This document shows positions 25,173 to 36,924 of a stretch of 64,000 nt of DNA, one piece after another. The first letter of the stretch is position 1; each line of letters begins with the position of its first letter. A program made the translations under genes and the position numbers. This stretch comes from Octopus bimaculoides (Eukaryota): positions 11,972,850 through 12,036,849 of the forward strand of contig NC_068997.1 of NCBI RefSeq assembly GCF_001194135.2. The letters run 5' to 3'. Under the pieces are notes generated by a model. It saw only the letters and a program-made list of their open reading frames with translations, was not told the DNA's origin and did not search any database.

Positions 25173-26111
25173 GTCTTTCTCATTCTTCTTCTCAGAAGGA
25201 CAGTAACCGAAAACATCAATTTATTTCACATTTTACCGATCTGATCTAGCAGGCGTTCATCAGTCTCTTCAAATAATGGGTTTTATCATATATAAATATT
25301 CAATATTTTTTGTAATTATCCACCTTTTGGACAGTTTATATTTTCTACTTAACACCACCGGCAACTACTATAAAACATAAAACGAAAAAATGGCCTTAAC
25401 AACCAAGATTACAATATTTCCAAGCCTGTAATTTTCACCTCCGATATTATCCATAACACTGATGCCTGAAATATGTTTTCAATTATTGACAGAACTTTGC
25501 AAATTTTTGTGTAGAGGATATCATCGATCAAATGAAACATAAGAAGCTACATAGCCTTCAAACGAGATAAAAGTGCTATATATATTCTATGTTGTTTGGG
25601 TCATTGCACTACTATGTCTGCCACACGGTTGTTGTAAATAGATGGAATCAAACGAAAACATTTACATTTACATTAGTGTATATTCTGAATAAAGACTCAT
25701 TAAACATTTGCATAACATGTAACTAATTACATATCCCGAGGAAGTTGTAAGTGAAACGTTTCTCCCCAGGTGCTTCTCCCCGATAAAGAGCAGTTAGTTT
25801 TTTAAAGGGAAAATAAATTAGATGTTCCATGATTCATTTTCAGCGACTTGTTTTTAATCAAAGAAGTTGTGAAAAAGCATATTTACGAATGTTCTACTCT
25901 CTTAAATTTCAGCGGACCGGTTTATAAGTCCATCCGGTAACTGACGAAGTGAAATTCACAGAAACAATTATATGTCCTACGAGGTAATTAGTGGTAAATA
26001 TCCTATATTTACGTTACGTTGGGTATTCTAAGTTCATTTTTTTACTTCTTGTTTAATTTACACACATCTAAGTCCATAACACCAACAATCAAACATTACT
26101 CTCCAAGTATA

Positions 26112-27021
26112 TACAAAGTGCTTTCAAAATGTATTCGACTTTATTATTGCCCATCAAAACTTATGCCGTGTGGGCAAACTCTTTTGGCTGGGAAGTAATG
26201 CCACCCTTTCTGTGCATGTGTGAAAACTTTCGCGCCGGCAGTCTGCGTCAGTTGTTGCACCTAGAGTACAGACCTGTAGTGCGCATGCGACGAATTTTCT
26301 TTTCCACTAACACGAATACATTGAGCAGAGATGATAAGCTCGTGCCTCATCACCAGTGATGATGGTCTTCATGAAGTGTGAGTTTGTACTCACACTTCAT
26401 GAAGTCGTCGTTTGCACAGTCCATCGTGTTCTAAGCGATTGTCGTATGGAGTTCCTTCTGCTGCTCCTCCAGCACCTTGTGGACGAATTTCACCGACACT
26501 CTCCGCCTGCACAAACCCTCTGTTAAAACAAAATGCACTGGTCTTATGCTTATTCTGACTTCTTGAGCAATTTCCTGGATTGTTACACGATGGTCTTTCA
26601 TGACTATTTGCTGAGCCTTCTCAATCAACATCTCATTCTCCTTGTGGATGGCCTTCCAGAGCATGCATCGTGCTCCACTGACGTGTCTGAAACCGTTTAT
26701 TTGAGTATTGCCCATTGCATTATTATCAAAGGTTTGCTGAATATTCTGGATGGTTTGAGCTTCAGTATCACCAAGCAGTCGACACAATTCGATGAAATAT
26801 CTCTGCTCAATGCGTTCGGTGAAAACGAAAATCCGACGAGTGAGCATTACACGTTTGTACCCTAGGCGTAGCAGCCGGACACTGACGCAGTCTACCAGCG
26901 CGAACATTTTCACGCATGCACAGGGAGGGTGACGTCTCCTCCCACCCGGGGAATTGTGCCCATGGGGCATTAGTTTTGACGGGAAAAATAGAAGCCAGAT
27001 GCATTATGAACGCACCTCATA
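26112..27021 (-). mobile_element. Non-autonomous mariner derivative with ~220-bp inverted arms
   Basis: Arms 26112-26333 and 26799-27021 are reverse complements with visible divergence, and TA flanks both. Interior encodes the transposase N-terminus. Confidence 0.85.
26340..26815 (-). pseudogene. Mariner transposase N-terminal half (HTH to first catalytic D)
   Basis: IEQRYFIELC...RVTIQEIAQEVRIS...VSVKFVHKVL then FMKTIITGDEARAY, matching the mariner TIITGDETW motif. Contains a stop and an insertion. Confidence 0.85.
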
Positions 27022-28591
27022 TACGTGTATATACTATTTACGTGTGTATGTATATGAATGGTCAGTATTAAAGTATACTTTTCTCTGTGTGTTCTAAATG
27101 AGATATTTCTTATCAAAATTTAACAAAACCCGAATTCTTCATGAATTTCGTAAAATTGCTTTAGAGCATCAATAATAATACTACTAATATCAACAATATG
27201 ATATCTTATGGCGTATCTGGTCGAAATATATAGAGATATATTTTTAGAAGTAGGTGAACTGTGCTGAGCGAATAACATTAAGATTAGTCGCACTGTATCC
27301 ATTCAACTAAACAGTGTATGAATGGTACTATGTCGATGTGAATGGAAGCTGTATAACCACTAAAAATTTCATTTATTCTTAATTTACAATGTTAAACAGA
27401 ATAAAGAAATAAAATCGATATTTCTTCGGAGAAACATGAAAGTTATGTGTATAAGTATATACATTATTGAATTTTTAAAAGTCTACTTCCTGAATTGTTG
27501 TTAAATAAATAATTGTATATATGTTTCGGTACAAAGAAACACAGGAAATAATGTTTGTTTTTAATTTTGAAAGTTACAAGAACATATATATATATATACA
27601 TATATATATATAACGATTAAATGAGATGAAGTGACAAAAAGTTTCAAATGTTTACTAAACAAATAGTTTGCAAGTATTTTAAGATAAAGTAACAGATAAA
27701 TCAACAACGATTTTGTATTAGAATATTTACACTTGAATCTACTGTTTGTTTAGTTAGTAATTTGTCATACACACATTTACCCGCCATTATATGTTTATAG
27801 GGTCTTTATTCTTATGACTCCCTGGGTTGGATAGATATCCCTGAAAACATACGACTTCACGTATTCGTTGAGAACATGCATCAGTAAAGTATACGTATGA
27901 CTAGGTGTTAAACATAACTCTGCAAGCCACGGAGGCTCGGCGTAGTCAAAACATTAGGAGAGTGGTTACATGACAACTTAATAGAGAGAAGCCAGATCGT
28001 CTGCAAGAAGAGAATAATATTGAGTGAAGTGCGTTAGGGGTACAGTCTTGAGGGCCGCTGATAATTATGGTGGCTCTTTCGAACATCACTTAAACAAACA
28101 GCTATACTTACTAGTTGTACCGACGACACAAACGTTGTGCACATATTGTTTCTAATCAGTTTAGACTCAAATCAAATTATTTAGTTCATTCAAACCTATC
28201 TTTTATAGGCCACAAATTCTATCCGTCCATTTTCGTCGTGGTCAACTTCCTTTATTTGCCTCTATAAATAACAAGCGAATTTTTCTGAAGATTTTCATTT
28301 ATAAAATCCTTGAGTTATAAGATGTATAATTATGATTACATATTGATTTCCTTTCTGCAAATATTTGTGAAATTCTTTTGTTCGTTAGCACATCCGTCCA
28401 AGAAATTCTGAGGATTATTTTTTTTTTCCTTGTACCACATTTCCGAAGTTTTAATTCTTTACAGATTAGTTTCATTACGTTTATCTATATTTCCGCTCCA
28501 TTGGTCATAAGAGATGAAAAAACGTTTTGATTAATCTTTACTTTGACCGTCATAAAATATCCTGTTTCCGGTGCTTCTGAATCATGTTCAG

Positions 28592-28666
28592 TTTAGCTAC
28601 AAGGCATTTAGCGAAAACGTTTCTGTTATCTTATCCTCGCTATTCTCATTGACCTTATTTGAAATG
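28592..28666 (+). CDS. Candidate 75-nt exon (FSYKAFSENVSVILSSLFSLTLFEM)
   Basis: Strong donor ATG|GTAAGA; several possible upstream AGs; one open frame. Confidence 0.15.
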
Positions 28667-28795
28667 GTAAGAATCTTTAATGATTTCACAACTTTTGTTC
28701 CCTTGATACTATACAATATTGCTTTGTCTGACACATTTCAATATTTCAAGAGAATTCGTATTCCGTTCTGTCATATACACTTTTTTTTGTTATTA

Positions 28796-28827
<32 letters not shown>

Positions 28828-29206
28828 NNNNNNNNNNNNNNNNNNNNNNNNNNNNNNNNNNNNNNNNNNNNNNNNNNNNNNNNNNNNNNNNNNNNNNNNN
28901 NNNNNNNNNNNNNNNNNNNNNNNNNNNNNNNNNNNNNNNNNNNNNNNNNNNNNNNNNNNNNNNNNNNNNNNNNNNNNNNNNNNNNNNNNNNNNNNNNNNN
29001 NNNNNNNNNNNNNNNNNNNNNNNNNNNNNNNNNNNNNNNNNNNNNNNNNNNNNNNNNNNNNNNNNNNNNNNNNNNNNNNNNNNNNNNNNNNNNNNNNNNN
29101 NNNNNNNNNNNNNNNNNNNNNNNNNNNNNNNNNNNNNNNNNNNNNNNNNNNNNNNNNNNNNNNNNNNNNNNNNNNNNNNNNNNNNNNNNNNNNNNNNNNN
29201 NNNNNN

Positions 29207-29470
29207 GAAGCCTTGTGAGTGGATTTGGTAGACGGAAACTGAAAGAAGCCCGTCGTATATATATATATGTATGTGTTTGTGTGTCTGTCTTTGTCCCCCC
29301 AACATCGCTTGACAACCGATGCTGGTGTGTTTATGTCCCCGTAACTTAGCGGTTCGGCAAAAGAGACCGATAGAATAAGTACTAGGCTTCTAAAGAATAA
29401 GTCCTGGGGTCGATTTGCTCGACTAAAGGTGGTGCACCAGCATGACCGCAGCCACTTGGCTGAAACACAT
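29207..29470 (+). mobile_element. SINE family B, 5' end lost in gap
   Basis: gccttgtgagtggatttggtagacggaaactgaaagaagcccgtcg + (TA/GT)n + 3' region ending in an A-rich tail. Confidence 0.9.
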
Positions 29471-29495
29471 AAATAAAAAAAATAAATAAAAAATA

Positions 29496-29640
29496 TATAT
29501 ATACGACGGGCTTCTTCCAGTTTCCGTCTACCAGATTCACTCACAAGGCTTTGGTCGTCTCGAGGCTATAAAAGAAGACACTTGTCCAAGGTGCCACGCA
29601 GTGACTGAAGCCAGAACCATGTGGTGGGGAGCAAACCTTG
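29496..29640 (-). mobile_element. SINE family B 5' part, inverted relative to 29207-29470
   Basis: atacgacgggcttcttccagtttccgtctacc...gacacttgtccaaggtgccacgcagt. Confidence 0.9.
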
Positions 29641-31099
29641 CATACTGGAGGACTTGGAGACACGGATTGAGGAGGTTCTCAGTGTTATCCCAGACCACTT
29701 CCTTCAGAAGGTTGTTCATTCAATCCCTGGGTGTTTGAAGAAACTGGATGATTCCACCAGTACTTACGTTGAAATATGAAAATTTATTTTCATTTTCCCA
29801 TGGAATAAATAACACGTATCTTTTGTTTCAATAAATTTGTTAAAACGTTTTTACTTTTGACTATGCATGTGAAAGAAACTGGTACAACGATTTACAATGA
29901 ATGTCAATATATCAACGCAGCAGAGGGAGCCATTGGTAACATGTTTATCAGATTCACTTTCTTTGAATCACTGTTAACTTCTGGGAATGTAGGAAATTGT
30001 TGTCTATGTACACGTATTAAAGAAACGAGTATCTTGAAACACGTTGTTTACTTAGTATATATTTTCTATTCTGCTTTATGAATAGGGTAGAGAGAGCGAC
30101 CACTCACAATGATTGATTAAAAACATCTAAAAAGATTATATATGTTTGTGTTTGTGTGAATGTATGCATGTATGTATGTATATGTATATGTGTATGTGTA
30201 CATAGGTATACGCTCACACACAGATTTACACACGTACACAACCATACATTTACATGTATTATAACTAGATTCAAACAAATCGACGTATAGGTCTAACAAC
30301 TTGGATTCGTTGAAATAAAATGATTACAAATGATAAAAGTCACGGCAGTTTCTTCATTGTATTATGTTGATTTTCCTCTATGCATTAAATCTACGCTGAT
30401 CTCTGAAAGCAATTCTTGATTGCTTTCCATGAATTTCTTGCTATTACTGTCTGTGCATCGTTTATTTGTTTTCCCTTCTTTGTTGTATTAAATATTTACT
30501 TGCATGTTAAATAAAGGCAGTGTTTGTTTATTTTATCGGATAAGACAGTCTGTTTTGTCTAAGAGCAATTTTATGCTGAAGCTATTCAGTAGATCAATGT
30601 AACCATAAATTTGATTTGACTTAAGTTCAAATTTCTACTCTAGTTTCCAACAAATTTTCTTTCATCTAACATTGTTCATCATTTTTATTGTTCTTGCTAT
30701 ATTAGCTTTTTGTTTTGAATTTCAGAAGCATAAGCTTATTTGAAAAGTTGTAGTACACTCAGAAAACTACAACATATATGCTTATTGGTGGAGAGTTTTA
30801 GCCTATTTGTAAAATGTTGTTGTATAAAAATAATCTTTAGTTCGTTTATATATTCTAGCAAATCAATAACGTATTGCCAGTGTTTATGTGTTCTCTATTC
30901 CCAACACCTCTAACCAAATCATTTTGCTACTTATATTTATTTACCACTTCAGTGAAACCTAAAACTATTTAAGCATCTTACAAATTCAAAAAGCCATGAC
31001 TTAATCATACTTAAGTGTATATCTTTTCTAGTACTATATCTCAATGACGAAATATTTTTATTCCAAAGGAGAACATACATTCGCTGTAATGAGGTTTTT

Positions 31100-32400
31100 A
31101 TGTCTCCAATTAGTGAAGGTTACTGAAGCGAAATAGCCGATGGGATGGTTTCAGTTCAAATCCACTCGTGACCTTATCAAGTATCGTTCTCCAATACATC
31201 TACAAACAGACACTGCTGCATCATTTAACATCAGCAGTATTTTTGTTGAATATTTTAAGCTATTTCTTATACCTAACATATTTTTACTGATCTCTCTGTT
31301 TTTACACGGACATTGCTTGGATATTCCCCTTCTATTTGGAGCAAGAAGGATGTTTTACACTCGTGGTATTTCTATTTTCGTTTACTTCCAACATTGTGAA
31401 CAGCTATTACAATGAGTCCGTAACACTAAGTGATGTTCCATAACTCCCATTAGAATATTTATTTATGCCATTAATAAGACCACACCAGCTCCAAATGTAC
31501 AAGACAGAACTGATGCATAGAAACGTGCAAATGTAATATAATAATATAATGATGATTTAATTCCGGTGACATGTTTAATGTAATAAAGACTATGATCACG
31601 GCAATGAGATAATGTTGATAGGTTATAGTTGCATAGTTTTACCATTTCAATGGACTTTCAACAGGTAAATTTGACAGAATGTCTAGTTATCCTACGAATT
31701 ATTAACAGTTGTAACCTACTATATATTCTGCGACTATAAATAATAAAAGCAATGGAATCCGAACGTTCCGGTCTATCTGTTTAACGTGTCTGTTCAATAA
31801 ATTCACTTCATTGCTATCAGATTTACCTATAAGCTAATTATTTGTTTATAACACGTGAAGCTCATTCCTACAAATGATAGTGGATTATGTTTTATGACTG
31901 CCTGAAATAAAAAGAGAAATCTCTAGATTTGTGGACTAATTGTTTTGTTTGCGTTAACAGGAAATTAAATACCTCACAATCAAAGTGTAGTTAAGGCGGT
32001 CTAGGAATATCCTGGCATAATTCTCAGGTCGAACAGATAAGGAGGACACACTGACCAACTTTAGGCATTTTTCCAAGTCCTTGATCGAAGTGGGACTTGA
32101 ATTCATCTGTTTTGTTAAACTCGCGTGCAGTTTAATATGGATTTTCTTCAAGCACAGTTTCCCGAAGCTCAAAATTGACAGAATTTGGTAGTCTAGATCG
32201 AGGGGAATTTGCGAGAGAAAAAAGATTACAAGCGGGATTGACGAAACCATCGTTGGTACGTAAAGCTTCATTTCCATTGACAGAACAAATATTTCTCGCC
32301 ACTTCCTTTGCTGAAGAGTTTCTCCGGAATTTATACAGCATGCACTGTCTCATATGAGTCTAATCTAAACTTATTTTAAAACATTGAAATTAAAAGGGAT
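31100..32400 (-). pseudogene. Decayed mariner transposase
   Basis: RQCMLYKFRRNSSAKEVARNICSV...SLANSPRSRLP...LEENP (32132-32353) fits the mariner HTH. IICRNELHVL* (~31846-31878) resembles IITGDEKWVLY. The C-terminal part is only weakly recognisable. Confidence 0.7.
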
Positions 32401-33774
32401 TTAATCACTACATCCACTTACATCCATTTACGTCCAGAACTAATATTGACTGAAAACAACACAATAGATAAGTATTGCTTTTAATAGTTTATAGTGGGCA
32501 GCTATATTACACGGTGTGGGGTGTTTCAAGTATTATGGTTTTAAAAGGGAGATTTAACTCATTTTACATACACAAAGGAGGGCTATCAAAAAACTAAAAG
32601 AAGTGAGAAAGAAATTTTCTGATGTCAATTACAGAGAAGTGCCAAATACTTCAACCAACCAGGGCAAAGTACATGCTTGACCTCTGTTAAACAAACAATA
32701 TGGATCTAATCCAATAGAGAAAATATCACCACACAAGACTGGTTTCAATGACTCTCTACACCTGACATCGACATGACATTGAAAATATTTATGTCCATAA
32801 GGAAAGACACGCTACAATTTTATTCCAGAGAGAAAGGTCACTGCACATAAAAACAAGATTCCCAGGAAGTATAAAGTTCTTATAGGACGGTGTACAAAGA
32901 TGGCAAACCGCTTCAACAGAGAACTCAACGGCAGAGATTATGTATGTAGGTATGCATGCATGTATGTAGGTATGCATGCATGTATGTATGCATATATATA
33001 TATATGTATCTATGCATGTATGTATGTATATATGTATGTAGTTTCTATGCATGTGTGTATGTATTCATGAATGTATTTATGTTTATACATATATTTAGTT
33101 CAAACAAGACATAATTGTTTACCTCATTAACTGTTTCATATATATACATGCCCGCTCACACGTACAGTTTTATCATCACATGGGAATATAGATGGTAATA
33201 TTGAATGAAAGATCAACTATTACGATAAAATTTAAAATAATTATTTGTTCACAACTACAGAAAATAGTAGAAATATTAGTAAATGTAGGTTTTACTTCCG
33301 CTGACAAAAATTACGACGAGTATTGAGATATTGAGATAATAAAAATATACCAATAGCAGAACACCGCCATCAAAATTTAGATTCATGGTGCTCTCGTGCA
33401 AATATCTAGTCTGTACATACCTTTGCCTGCTATATTACAACAATACAGGAACTTGAAATTCTACAGAATGTACAGCATTTTGAAGTAAGAGGTCTCTGGT
33501 TACAATTTTCTCGAAACACAATTCAATAAACTTTCCTTTTTACAGTGCATAAATCGTACGAGATATCTCAGTGCCTAAATATCATCATAATAAATAATAG
33601 CTAAGTAAAAAAATAAAAGATAAATAAAAACCATAATTTCACATATTTCTAAGTCTTTAGGTGAAATACAGCGCAACAATAATGATTTTATTAAAGTTAA
33701 ATTTATTCACATCATATAGCACACATAAAACACACACATATATATACACACGCATATATGGATATGTTTGTGTG

Positions 33775-33813
<39 letters not shown>

Positions 33814-34329
33814 NNNNNNNNNNTATATATATATATATATATATACGTGTGTGTGTGTGTGTGTATGTGTATGTGTGTCTTTCTGTGTCTGTGTCTGTGT
33901 CTGTGTGTCAACACACATGCACATTTAAATATATATACACGTATCCCTGTGTTTATATGAGTTATATGCTGTGAAGAAAGGTCAAAGGCTTGAAAAGAAA
34001 TGTTCAACAATTCAGACAATATTGTCAAAGCTGAACTATGACAAAGAACAGAACAAAGACAACAAACAAGAGACGGTAAATACACGGTCAAAATACAAAA
34101 GAAGAAATAACAACACGACCAAAGAAATATAATAGAAGCTGACTTGGCTTCAACAACAGTAAGTCACATACATTTTGCTTCGTGAAGCGGGGCGTAAAAT
34201 CAGAAGAAGAAAAAAACAGCGTACAGTACAATAAAAAATAAAGACATTAGTATGTTAATATTGGAAAGATCATATTGAATATCTTTGCCGTAAATTTCCA
34301 CATAACTCCGAAGTATTATCAAATATAAT

Positions 34330-34610
34330 GGATCATCAATCTAATGTGAATGCTCAGGCAGAAATAACAATACATGAAATAGAGGAACAATAATAAGAAT
34401 GATAAACTGTAAGTCCCCTGGTATATATGGCATCAGTGTTGAGGTAATAAAAGTTGGAATGAGGCACACAGCTAATATGTTAAATATAATATTGTAATAT
34501 AGAAAAGAGAAAAGACATAATGGCTGGAATCTTATCTTGAGATCACCAATATCTAAAATGGGCAACAAGCAATATATGATAAATGGAGAAAAACAATATT
34601 CAGTAGAATG
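34330..34610 (+). pseudogene. Non-LTR (LINE, RTE-like) reverse transcriptase fragment
   Basis: EITIHEIEE...MINCKSPGIYGISVEVIKVG...SPISKMGNK resembles the RT domain 0-1 pattern KxPGxDGIxxE...PIxKKGDK; frameshifted. Confidence 0.65.
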
Positions 34611-35065
34611 CTCTTTCTCTGAATGAAAAGTTAAAGGAAAAAGCGACGAGATGGGAAGAAGGCGTTTTGGGGCTAACAGGGTCGACGGTTATGTTTTTTC
34701 TATATCCGGATAATTTAGAGCTACCATCAGCATAATGTGGTTGAATACAATATAGAAGGTAATTAAAAAAAAGGAGTGTGAATTATAGCGATAACAAAGG
34801 CGCCGTTAACAAATGTGTTGAGCTTATAGACTACTTTGATGGACAGAACTACGGGTGTATCTGAGATAATGTGTCTTGAATTTTTCATGAATGAACTGAA
34901 AGAGTTGAATTAAAATCTGGAACATTGATGTCGACAGCATAAATAATGGGTGTGGTGACGCCCCAATCCAAATCTCCCAATCAGAATCTCTCACCAGTTG
35001 AAAATATCCACTCAGCTGTTCTAGGAAACATAAGAAATCTAGCGATGTGTCACCAAGCAAAGTAA

Positions 35066-35284
35066 TTCCTTTCTACTACTCTAGGCACAAGGCCCGACAT
35101 TTTGGGAGAGGGGGCCAGTCGATTAGATCGACCCCAGTACGCAACTGATACTTAATTTATCGACCCTGAAAGGATGAAAGGCAAAGTCGACTTCGGCGGA
35201 ATTTGAACTCAGAATGTAAAGACAGACGAAATACCGCAAAGCATTTCGCCCGGTGTGCTGACGTTTCTGCCAGCTCGTCGCCTT
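35066..35284 (-). mobile_element. SINE family A, near full length
   Basis: Reverse complement: aaggcgacgagctggcagaaacg...gagttcaaattccgccgaagtcgactttgcctttcatcc...ctggggtcgatctaatcgac...ggccttgtgcctagag. Confidence 0.92.
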
Positions 35285-35768
35285 ACCTAGCAAAGAAATT
35301 ATCTCACTGAACGGTTCTGCAGTAGAAAATATTACAATGAGTGTGACTCTGAATGATGATATACTCAATGAAACGAGAGAAAAGGCAAAAAGTGTCTGAC
35401 TATCGCAAAATGTGATTAGGACGACATAAAACTAAAGACGATTCAAAATGAGTTGAGGTTACGCTGCAAAACCTCACTATTTTCCGATTCACGATCTATC
35501 CTCTGGGAACATGGCCCCTAAAATCTAGAAGCAAACGCTGACTAGAAATGTTCGAAATATGTTAATAGTCAATATTAGAATTACCATTAAACAGGAATAG
35601 AAATATTGTTTTCAGAAAAGTTATTCACATGATGTATGCTATTATACTCTTACTATGTTATAGTGAGGCCATGTCACTTAGTAGTGCTAACATTTCAACA
35701 GGATTTGACGGGACTAACTTCGGTTAACATTTGATACCTTAGATTCTATATGTAACATTACCCCATGA

Positions 35769-35909
35769 GTTACGTACAATAAATAAGATAACCAGACAAC
35801 AATGTAACAAACTAATAAAACCCTTTACGAACTAACAATCAACATTTTTTCTGAACTAGCCGACCGACACATTCCGACTTCACAGCGAACTAACACGAAC
35901 TTCACTCGG
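35769..35909 (-). mobile_element. Isolated LTR fragment flanked by ~55-bp direct repeats
   Basis: gttacgtacaataaataagata...cgaactaacacgaacttcactcgg matches 36941-37090. Flanks 35720-35771 and 35906-35963 are direct repeats. Confidence 0.85.
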
Positions 35910-36235
35910 TTAGCATTTGATATCTTCGATTCTATAATTATGTATAACATTACTTCATAAGTTCTTGATAAAAAAAAAAACGAAGTTGGGTATTTTCCAT
36001 CATTTCATTTCGTTGATAGTTGAGCATATTAAGATGTTCCAGGAAAGGTTTCAGCAAGATGCTTCAAAATTTATCTTAACTTGCATGTTAGGCCTCATAC
36101 AATGTCTCTCAAATTTAGATCATAAATCCAGAGTGTATTCGCGCAACTACTATTTTTGAATATTTCAATGATCATTTTTACTTGTGATATATAGAAATAT
36201 AGAATTTTAGTGCACCTTTTACATTTTATTTATGT

Positions 36236-36279
<44 letters not shown>

Positions 36280-36924
36280 AGAGAGAGAGAGAAACAGAGT
36301 AAGAGAGAAGTGCTAAATAGATAAATAAATAGACAGGTAGGTATGTAGGGAGGGAGGAAGGTAGATAGGTAGGTATATAGACAGACAGACAAACACACTG
36401 ATAGATAGATAGGTCGATAGATAGATATACACACTCACAAACATGCATGTACGTATGTATGTTTGTATGTATGTATACATGTATGTAGATATGTATGTAT
36501 GTATGCACGTATGTATGTATGCATATGGATGCATAAGTATAAATAGTGTGAATTAGAGAAACGCTATACAACTATAGCACGGTTGATATGCTCAAGGATG
36601 GACAGCTAATGGATTGGTTTGAAATATGTGTGTTTGAATCAAGACTTTCAACATATTTCAAGAATTCGTCATGAAAGCACTGAAATATGCGAATAAACGC
36701 CTGTAAGTTACTAAGCCATATTCTAACGAACCAATCCTAATGTTCACGAATATTGGTAAATTGAAAATATCGACTAAACTGTTAGACAAAACAGAGCTGT
36801 GAGATTTCGAATTTCACCACAGTTTCTACCTGTTTATGTGACACTTTGGTTGTCTACTATAACCTTGTGGGCTAATAATACTGGTAATTTTGCGGGCGCC
36901 CATTTTATGCATAGCTACACAAGC

